A stretch of DNA of 64,000 bases. Source: Zootoca vivipara (taxonomy: Eukaryota). Each line of letters opens with the position of its first letter. The first letter of the stretch is position 1. The stretch covers positions 19,840,001 to 19,904,000 of the forward strand of contig NC_083291.1 of NCBI RefSeq assembly GCF_963506605.1. The letters run 5' to 3'. Shown piece by piece: positions 46,894 through 56,400 of this stretch. Position numbers and translations under genes: made by a program. Under the pieces are notes generated by a model. That model saw only the letters and a list, made by a program, of their open reading frames with translations, was not told the DNA's origin and ran no database searches.

Positions 46894-48148
46894 CTTAGAG
46901 TACAATGTCTCAAGTCTATCAGGTCATGTGATGGAAATGATCATAGGTGACTTAAAATTCTAGTCACTAAAAAGGACTGAATTGAAGAGTTAACCTTTGG
47001 GGAGCATAAGAACAGAAACGGCTTGATTGATTCAGTTTCCAAGAGCAGAATGCCACAGTTGATATTCTGTACTGTCCATGGCTTATATCAAAGAGAAGCT
47101 TGTTCTACAAGAAAAAAATGTTTTTGTACATTCTTTTGATGATCTGCCTTAAAAAGAAATTTATTCCCTCCCCCGCCCCGCCCCCTGTAAACCTATAAGA
47201 GACTCAAAGCTAAGAACAATTTGGAACATCTTTCTGAATAGTACCAGCTTCTTATGTATGGATCTCTGCACAATTCTTTCCTTGCTAAGAGCAGCTATTG
47301 GAAATAACTGAGAAGAAATTGTAATACCAGTTATGAGTACTGTATAGGAAATTCACTTCCTATCTTAAGATAGACTTGTGTATCATTAAACAATAACTAA
47401 ATTGCATGGTGTTTGGGGCAGTTCTCTTCTAGTGCAGTTAGAAAAATACTTGGAGGCAGATGTAACAAATAGGATGTTTAACAAGCTCCAGTTAACTACT
47501 ATGTGTGGTTTAAAAATGGGAATTTGTTGTAAAATGCTTGATGCATGCTATGGACCCCTTCTCTCATCTTGTATTACAATGTATCTCATATTATGGGGAG
47601 AATTAAATGGCTGCATTCTTGACCACCTTACAGTATTTAACGAAGATTGCAGAAATTAGCTACAAACAGTATATCTGACATAGCTTGCTGAAGTATATTT
47701 ATTCTGTATTTGAATGCTGTAAGATCAAAACCTATCCATCAAAACCTATCAAAACCCAAGAAGATCAAACCTATCCATTCTTAAGGAAATCAGCCCTGAG
47801 TGCTCCCTGGAAGGACGGATCGTGAAGCTGAGGCTCCAATACTTTGGCCACCTCATGAGAAGAGAAGAATCCTTGGAAAAGACCCTGATGTTGGGAAAGA
47901 TTGAGGGCACTAGGAGAAGGGGACGACAGAGGACAAGATGGTTGGATAGTGTTCTCGAAGCTACGAACATGAGTTTGACCAAACTGCGGGAGGCAGTGCA
48001 AGACAGGAGTGCCTGGCGTGCTATGGTCCATGGGGTCACGAAGAGTCGGACACGACTAAACGACTAAACAACATTTGAATGCTGTACCAATTATCTTAAT
48101 CGTTTTATTCTTTCCTTTTCAGCTAACGAAGATTCAATACTGAAATAA
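43527..48148 (+). CDS. ATP5ME: Mitochondrial ATP synthase membrane subunit e, whole spliced CDS (4 exons, 216 nt, 71 aa)
   Basis: Exons: 43527-43562, 45049-45103, 46706-46804, 48123-48148. Protein MIPPVEVSPLIKFGRYSALLIGIVYGKKRYDYLKPIAEEERRIEAEEKKKREEMERIARALAEANEDSILK* has the GxxxG transmembrane motif. Confidence 0.97.
44252..44289. repeat. (GT)n microsatellite (another at 46852-46890)
   Basis: Read directly. Confidence 0.95.
45049..45103 (+). CDS. ATP5ME: ATP5ME exon 2 (FGRYSALLIGIVYGKKRY)
   Basis: tttacag|...G|gtaagg. Confidence 0.96.
45541..45907. mobile_element. hAT-like non-autonomous element
   Basis: CAGGGTCCCCAAACT...AGTTTGGGGACCCCTG TIRs; TSD not clear. Confidence 0.75.
46706..46804 (+). 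CDS. ATP5ME: ATP5ME exon 3 (DYLKPIAEEERR...ALAE)
   Basis: gatag|...GAAG|gtattt. Confidence 0.96.
47722..48072 (+). mobile_element. BovB (RTE) LINE 3' fragment
   Basis: KLRLQYFGHLMRREESLEKTLMLGKIEG...GVTKSRTRLND; 14-bp TSD ATTTGAATGCTGTA. Confidence 0.93.
48123..48148 (+). CDS. ATP5ME: ATP5ME exon 4 (ANEDSILK*)
   Basis: ccttttcag|CT AAC...TAA; conserved DSILK C-terminus. Confidence 0.94.
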
Positions 48149-48241
48149 ACCTGCTTGATCTTCATCTTCACCTTTTAATATCCAATGTATGAAATTTTGA
48201 AGTAGTTGATCTCAAGTGTCAAACACAAACTTATTTACATC

Positions 48242-48247
48242 AATAAA
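48242..48247 (+). terminator. ATP5ME poly(A) signal
   Basis: AATAAA ~95 nt after the stop codon. Confidence 0.65.
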
Positions 48248-48818
48248 CAGTTGCTGGAAGAGCTGTTGTCAGATTCACTAATGTGCAAAGTACAAATGGC
48301 ACAAAATCATTTCCTTCATATTTATCTAGCAAGCAGGAGGTTTGCATATATTACTTTTCATGCGGCAATATTTGTGAAAATCAAAGCAGGATCTAATTCT
48401 CAGCTGTCTGTGTGAAAGAACACTTGGTTCCCTTGTGCTGCTGCTGGAATGTAGACTTTTCCAGATAATAGGACAGCGAGCTACAAGTCAGCCCCTTGTA
48501 GGGGATGCAGTTGCCATACTTCTAGCCAATACAATTGGCCTGTTTGCTTGTGTACTACCAGTAAATAGATTTCAGTATACAACTTCAAAAGATGAACTGA
48601 CAGGGTGGCATGGGAATGTATGTTAAAACGCCAATAATTTCACCAGTGTCAGCCTTACAAACTAAGTCTGTATGTACAAGTATTTCATACCACATTTTGT
48701 GTGGCCAGTTCTAATACCTTTGGAAACATGTAAGTGACACAGTAATTTCTCACACCGATACGTTAAATAAAAAGCAGACTTCATTTATTTGAAGTGTTTT
48801 GTTATGCTTCCTGTAAAG

Positions 48819-48954
48819 CAGGCACCCGCAAACTCGGCCCTCCAGATGTTTTGGGACTACAACTCCCACCATCCCTAGCTAACAGGACCAGTGGTCAGGG
48901 ATGATGGGAATTGTAGGCTCAAAACATCTGGAGGGACGAATTTGGGGGTGCCTG
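48819..48954. mobile_element. Palindromic hAT MITE (variant)
   Basis: TSD CTGTAA(A/G)G. Confidence 0.88.
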
Positions 48955-49091
48955 CTGTAAGGAGATGCTGCTTCATGGAGTTTGCATGATGGCATTTTAT
49001 GGCAATCAAAAACTGATTCTAGTAGTTTGAATCCATTGTAGGATGAAGTGCGTGAAAGCCATAGACTATCTTATCTATTTATTTAGTATAC

Positions 49092-49498
49092 TGCCTCATA
49101 GTTAAAGCTATGGTTTTCCCAGTAGTGATGTATGGAAGTGAGAGCTGGACCATAAAGAAGGCTGATTGCCGAAGAATTGATGCTTTTGAATTATGGTGCT
49201 GGAGGAGACTCTTGAGAGTCCCATGGACTGCAAGAAGATCAAACCTATCCATTCTGAAGGAAATCAGCCCTGAGTGCTCACTGGAAGGACAGATCCTGAA
49301 GCTGAGACTCCAATACTTTGGAAAGATTGAGGGCACTAGGAGAAAGGGACGACAGAGGACAAGATGGTTGGACAGTGTTCTTGAAGCTACGAACATGAGT
49401 CTGACCAAACTGCGGGAGGCAGTGGAAGACAGGAGTGCCTGGCGTGCTCTGGTCCATGGGGTCACGAAGAGTCGGACACGACTAAACAACAACAACAA
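49092..49498 (+). mobile_element. BovB (RTE) LINE 3' fragment with an internal deletion
   Basis: VKAMVFPVVMYGSESWTIKKADCRRIDAFELWCWRRLLRVPWTARRSN; (CAA)n tail. Confidence 0.93.
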
Positions 49499-51339
49499 AT
49501 ACCCTCAGGTCTCGGGGCAGTTCACAATATAAAATCACAATATCTGAATATAAAATCACAATATGAAACTACAAAATTCATTTAAAAAAATAAGAACAAC
49601 TCAATAATTCCCCCCTCCCCAGCACATTTTAATAATGGCTCAAGCTTGTACTGGACAGTGGCTTCTGGCTCTCTATGGGTAGACACGCACTCATATATTT
49701 ATTATTTAATTATTTTTATTCTATAAAACCTTTACATTGCTTGATTGTTAAAAAGAAAAAGAAAACAACAACCCTCAAAGCAGTTGATAAAAACATATCC
49801 ATTGTGCAAGGATTACGCTGCAACTGATGATGCTTCTGTCAAACTGCCTGCATTTTACCTTTGGTCCTTAGTTGGGGTATAAATGGGTATCTTGTATTCA
49901 GAGCCAGGCACGTTCTGTTGTGAGGATAAAGGAAGCATGTGAATCATCCTGCGCTCCCTGAGGCAAGAATGGGGAGAAAAGATCATGGAGGAAACCGCTT
50001 GTCTTTCTGTGCTCATCCTAGACTCCTAGAGCATGTCAGAGAATTAAACCCAAAAGAATAGGGAGGAAGCAATATGCACACCGTTTGAAGTGGAGGTGAC
50101 AGGGAGTGGGTGGGCAAGTGGGAGAATAGATCTGCTGATCAGCTGGCTGGAGAAGACGTAGCTCCACCAGTATGCAATTTCTTGGTGTAGCTCCTTATCA
50201 AGCCAGCTATGGTGGAAGGGGGACTATCGCTAAATTCCATAGGATTGAGAAACTCCATGGGTTGAGAAATCTCTAGCTATCCAGGTGTTGCCAACCTCCA
50301 AACACTCCCCAACTCCACATTCCTGACTTTTGGCAATGCTGACTGGGATTGAAGAGAGTTGGAGTCCCACAATGCCTAGAGGGCCACTCGGAGCTGTATA
50401 AAACTGCTGAGTGAGGTCACCTGGGAGTTTGTAGAAGTGTCATCAATATGTAAATGCCACCCAACTCCTTCATCCAATGGCAGTGCCTGGGCGTGCTAGT
50501 GAAGTGGATGAGGTCCAGTAAACTGAAATAGAATGCAGATGCAACGATAGTCCTTTTGGTGGGTGGTTCATCTACATGGGTTCATGGTGGTCCACTTCTC
50601 TGAAGGGACATGATCGCAGACTATAGAGTTGCTTGTGGATCCATCTCTGCCATTGGAAGTGTCTGTGACCCTCTCTGGACCAAGAGAGCAAGGGATATTG
50701 ATCTATAAACTGGTTACCTTCAGATTTTATACAGTACTGCCTTTGAAGAGCATTTGGAAACTGCAATTAGTCCAAAACAAAAACATTTGGGGTCTATGTA
50801 ATTATTCAAGTCAATTAAATTATTACTGTTTAGCTGTTAACTCAATTTTTCTCAGCAAATCTGCTGATCGGCTGGCTGGAGAAGACGTAGCTCCACCAGT
50901 ATGCAATTTCTTGGTGTAGCTCATTATCAAGTCAATTTTTCTCAGCAAACAAGTTACAGGTATAGTATGTCCTAAAGTAGATATAAATAAAGCATCAACA
51001 TTGTGGTCTTTTTTGTTTGTTTGTTAACAAAACCTTCAGATTTCTTTCTTCCTTTTGCAAAAGCTGATGCTCAGATGAGAGTAGAGCAAGTGAAGATAGT
51101 AAGATCTTGTCATTTGTCGACCGTTAAAAGCATTCTATAAGCAGTTTAAAAATACCAATTTCATCCAGAATTCTCAGGGTTGCCAGGAACAATATTATTC
51201 AGTAAGTCTGTCTTTGTGTTGATTTTTGTGCAAAAAGTGGCATGCAAATAAAAACAAGGAAGGAAGGAATTATTAACTACTGGTCAATCATGTATGACTC
51301 TCCTTAATGATGGGACCAATGTTTAAAATGCCATATATA

Positions 51340-51696
51340 CAGGTGAAACTCGGAAAATTAGAATATCGTCGAAAAGTGCATTTATTTCAGTAACGCAACT
51401 TTAAAAAGGTGAAACCAGTATATGAGATAGATGCACAACATGCAAAGCAAGATATGTCAAGCCTTTATTTGTTGTAATTGCAATTATTTGTCGCTAGGCG
51501 GGTCAATTATAAATTGAATGTAATTAACGAAATGTAGTAGCGATGTTTATTTTTGTATTATTGTAACTATTTGTTTTATAACTGTGGACTTTCCAAAAGA
51601 AAACATTTGTAAAAATTAAAAGAAAAATAATAATAAGTTGCATTACTGAAATAAATGCACTTTTCGGCGATATTCTAATCTTCCGAGTTTCACTTG
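51340..51696. mobile_element. Tc1-type MITE, same family
   Basis: TIRs, TA TSD. Confidence 0.9.
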
Positions 51697-51711
51697 TACT
51701 GTACAGTATAT

Positions 51712-51884
51712 GTTACAGGTAGGTAGCCGTGTTGGTCTGAGTCGAAGCAAAATAAAAAAATTCCTTCAGTAGCACCTTAAAGACCAACTAAGTTTTTATT
51801 TTGGTATGAGCTCACACACGAAAGCTCATACCAAAATAAAAACTTAGTTGGTCTTTAAGGTGCTACTGAAGGAATTTTTTTATT
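51712..51884. mobile_element. Penelope-like terminal fragment folded into a 62-bp perfect inverted repeat
   Basis: Arms at 51751-51812 and 51823-51884; flanking TGTACAGTAT duplication. Confidence 0.82.
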
Positions 51885-51959
51885 GTACAGTATTCTCCTT
51901 AACGATGGGACCAATGCTTAAAATGCCGTATTTATTTATTTTTAATGGAAATGGGACTT

Positions 51960-52300
51960 GAGCGCGGAGTTGCCACTGGGGGGCGGCAGCGAGCAGCCTC
52001 TCTGCCTCCGCCTCCCTTGAGCCCAAAGGAAGGCGGAGCCCCGGAGGTCTTCTACTGTCCCGAGCGAGGACGTGCTTTTCTGTCGGGGTGCAGCCTCAGT
52101 TTCCCTATCTCATGCTGACCTTCCTCGCGCGAGCGCCCCGTCCTCTCCTCTCCGGCTCAGCCGGCAGCCCAGGGATGCAACCTATGGCGGCAGCACGTCG
52201 AGGTTTGGGCAGCAGCAGCAGCAGCAGCAGCAAGAAACTGGTGGAGTGTTTCTACGACGTGCTGTCTCCGTATTCCTGGCTGGGATTCGAGGTAACAGAG
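51960..52300 (+). promoter_or_regulatory. CpG island / GSTK1 promoter and first exon
   Basis: GC/CpG-rich stretch around exon 1. Confidence 0.75.
52112..52291 (+). CDS. GSTK1: GSTK1 exon 1 (start codon uncertain: in-frame ATGs at 52112, 52175, 52184)
   Basis: ...[23 protein letters not shown]|gtaaca. Confidence 0.85.
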
Positions 52301-53395
52301 GTGGAAGAAAGGTGCATGGAGGGGGAACCGGGACAGCCCCCCTTCTCCCCCCAGATAGCAGGGAGAGCCGCCCTTGCAGCCCCAGGAAGTTACGAAGAGG
52401 GGCCCACCCCTCTCCAATTACTCCTGCCCAACTTTGTTTTGCTCAGAAGTTAGCTCTCTGTGTGGGTTCCGTCGGGTTTCCTTCCGTACTTAGGAGGGTT
52501 ACGAAAAGTAGAATTGCAAAGTCGGAAGTGTCCTCCCCTTACCCTGATGTCCAGCCGGTCGCCATAGCTGCCAAGTTATCCCTTTTTTTAAGGGAAATTC
52601 CATTATGCTGAATAGGCTTCCTCGCGAGAAAAGGGAAAACTTGGCAGCTATGCCGGTCGCCCGTTATCGACAGGTAGATAGATCGCCGGTGTGCTTCCGG
52701 TCGATCGCGGTAGTTAAAGAAGTGATCGCCCGTGCTGTTAACGCATTGAGTCCCTGCGTTGGCTGCTGAGTGTGGGAAGCAGCGGGAGGGCTGCGAAGTG
52801 CAGAGTGAGGCCAACAGGTGTTTGGATGATTACAATATTCTGGAAGAACAACCACTTAAACCTAAAACTGCACACACACTGGCAATCCAAGGCTGCAATT
52901 CCACGCAGGGATTTCACCCGGGAGCAGCCTGCCCAAGTATTGCCACCTTGCACAGGACAGGAACCAGGGGCAAAGGTAGCTCAGCTGGTTACAGCCTGAT
53001 AATGCCAAGGTTGCAGGTTCGATCCTGCATGGGCAGCTGCATATTTCTACATTGCAGGGGGTTGGACTAGAAGGCATGTCCAACTATTTACGATCTACTC
53101 CCAGTATAATAAAACTGGCAGTGATCTACCCATTGCCATTGCCCTTGGTTGTTGAGTTTTTTTTGGGGGGTGGGGGGGTGGGAGTGAGCAGAGTTGTTGA
53201 GCTTCTTTTAGGGGGGAGTCCTTAGCCAACAGTTATTGTGATAATGCTGTCATCTGAATTCTGCACAGAATTGAGTGAGCAAAGTTCAGTAATTCTAAGG
53301 GCATTTTATAAATAAAGGAAACGGCTCTGAAGTGGAAGCAACTCTGGCAACTTTTGCAAGTACCCAGAGGGATCTCAGCTTTCCAAATACCTTTG

Positions 53396-53437
<42 letters not shown>

Positions 53438-56400
53438 TTTATTTATACCCTGCCCTTCCCGACTTGAAAACCAGGCTCAGGGTGGCTAACAGCAAATATG
53501 AAACATTAATTAAAAGCGACTTTAAAAACAGCTTAAAAACAGTATAAAATACAACACAAATGTAGCATCCATGTCAACAAAACTCAGGGTCATTTTTTGG
53601 GGGAGGGGAACCCAGTTCAGTAAATGTCAAGTGATCGGCAGGGCTAACTGTCCAAGTTGGTCATGCTAGGGCCAGCAAGGAGACCAGGGAAGAGTTTAAA
53701 TATGGGGTCCCAGAAGGGTTTCTTCACAGAAAAAAGAAAGGGAAAAGGGAATGGAGGATTAGGCTAATTCCTGCAGGGCCCTAGTCTCGTGGGACAGAGC
53801 ATTCCACCAGGTCGGAGCTGTCACTGAAAACTAAATACCGTACCTTTGTCTGAACTTTGCCTTGTTTACTGCTGCTGCTGAAAGTGTTGCAACTTTCCAA
53901 CTGTTACTTATCTCTTCCATGTGCTAATTGTGGGTGTTGGGAATTGAACCAAATAGTTTGCCAAGCTGTACAGAGGTCGCTTCTAACCAACCTGCCTTTA
54001 GAGCATTCATCCTGAATGCAGAAGCATAGGAATTTTAAAGTTTAGAAGTGACGTTCATAGCTCACATGACAGGGGTGCGGGCTTTAGAAACTTGTAGAGT
54101 AGCATGTGTCAATGGTGCAAGAATTTTGGGCAGGTGTTTGTCTCTCCCAACATGGTCTAGATCAGGCATCCCCAAACTGCGGCCCTCCAGATGTTTTGGC
54201 CTACAACTCCCATCATCCCTAGCTAACAGGACCAGTGGTCGGGGAAGATGGGAATTGTAGTCCAAAACATCTGGAGGGCCGAAGTTTGGGGATGCCTGGT
54301 CTAGATGATCACCAGAGGAATGCAGGAGTTGGTTGATGCTGGCATTTATTTGACAAGGCTAGATGGCCGCCTTCTTACCTTTTCCAGCTCTTGCCCCTGC
54401 CCAGTTGAGATTCCCCCGTAGTTTGCACAAATAGTCAAGGCTACTGTTCAGATTGCAGATTCATGTTTAGAACGCTTGTCCTTGCATTCCTCCTGTTTTC
54501 TGGCATTAACTGGGTTTTATCCTTGGGCGTACCCCAACCCAGTTGTCTGTTCATGATACAGTCTTAATCTTGCATCTGATGAAGTAGCTTGTTCCCTGCG
54601 AAAAATTTCATGCCGTGGTGAGCCTGTTTCTGAAGTACCACCTGTGACCTGTCTCTTTTACCCTGTTGCAGATGAACACAGATGCTGCTTTGAATCTGCC
54701 TTGCAAAAGTTGCCTTCCATTTCCTGCCTGCTGGCTCTCGGTAGCTTTATTTCTCTGCCTCTGTCCGTCTCTCTTGTCTCTCCTTGCATGTGAATTTTAA
54801 ACTGCTGCTGATCGATCAACTTTCCTCACTGATATAGGTTCTCTGCCGCTACCGTCCCATCTGGAACATGGAGCTACGTTTCAGACCTGTTTTCCTTGGA
54901 GGCATAATGCACGCGACTGGTAAGTGCTGATTAATAGAACTGGGTTCAGCTGAAATGTACAGTGGTGCCTCGCAAGACGAATTTAATTCATCCCGCGAGT
55001 CGCTTCGTATAGCAAAAAATTCGTTTTGCGACACGGCTCCCATAGGAACGCATTGAAGTACGGTTTCCCATAGGGTGCCTCGCAAGACGAATTTAAAAAA
55101 TCTGTCTTGCGAGGCACCCTATGGGACGAAAAAAATTCGTCTTGCAAAGCACACCATAGGAAACTTCGTCTTGCGAGTCTCCATTGAAATCACAAAACGC
55201 ATTCGTCTTGCGAAAAATTCGTCTTGTGAGGCATTCGTCTAGCGAGGTACCAATGTATATAAAATATGTAGACGAGAACTACATCCCATATTGGTTTCCT
55301 TCTTGCATACCCCCGCCCCCATGCAGTCTTACCCTGGGAAAATAAAACTACCATTTCCCAAGTCATCAAGGCCTGTAAATTTGGTTTCTTCCCCAAAGAA
55401 GAGTCTCTTTCATCTTTGTTTTGTTTTTATTGCTTGGTTTCAATATTATCAGGGAATCTGTAGCAGCATCATGCATTGAAGATCCTGCATTGAGCGGCTA
55501 CGAAGGCTAATTTTGATGAAGTTCATTTAAGGAAGCCTCGGGCTGTTGATATAGCTATGTCTGTTTCTGGACCGGGAGAGCCTGGTTGCTGTTGTCCATA
55601 CGCTGGTAACCTCCAGGCTAGACAACTGCAATGCTCTGTTTGTGGGACTACCCTTGAGGTCGGTCTGGAAGGTGATGCAAAATGCCATTGTTTGTCTGCT
55701 CGCAGGAGCAATGTTGAAAGAAGGGCACTAGTTGCCAGTTAGGTACCGGGCTACGTTTATGGTTCTGGTTTTTGGTGTAGAGAGTTTTATGCAGTGTGGA
55801 CCCAGGACACCTGAAAAATGGTCACACCCCTTATATACCCAACTAAGCGATGATGGGGTGTGGTGCTCATCTCGCTTTCAGGCCGAGGGAGCTGGTGTTT
55901 GTCCACAGACAGCTTTCCAGGTTACGTGGCCAGCATGACTAAACTGCTTCTGGCGCAATGGAACACTGTGATGGAAACCAGAGTGCACGGAAACGCCGTT
56001 TACCTTCCCGCTGCAGTGGGACCTATTTATCTCCTTGCACTGGCATGCTTTCGAACTGCTAGGTTGGCAGGAGCTGGGACAGAGCAACGGGAGCTCATTC
56101 CTTCATGGGGATTCGAACCGCCAAGCTTCTGATTGGCAAGCCCAAGAGGCTCAGTGGTTTAGACCAGTGTTTCTCAACCACTGTTCCATGGCACACTAGT
56201 GTGCCGCGAGATGTTGCCTGGTGTGCCGTGGGAGAATTACTTTATATATAGTCAATATAGGCACAGAGTTAATTTTTTTAACATTTTCTAATGGTGGTGT
56301 GCCTCGTGATTTTTTTCATGAAACAAGTGTGCCTTTGCCCAAAAAAGGTTGAGAAACACTGGTTTAGACCACAGCACCACCCACGTCCCATGATGATGAT

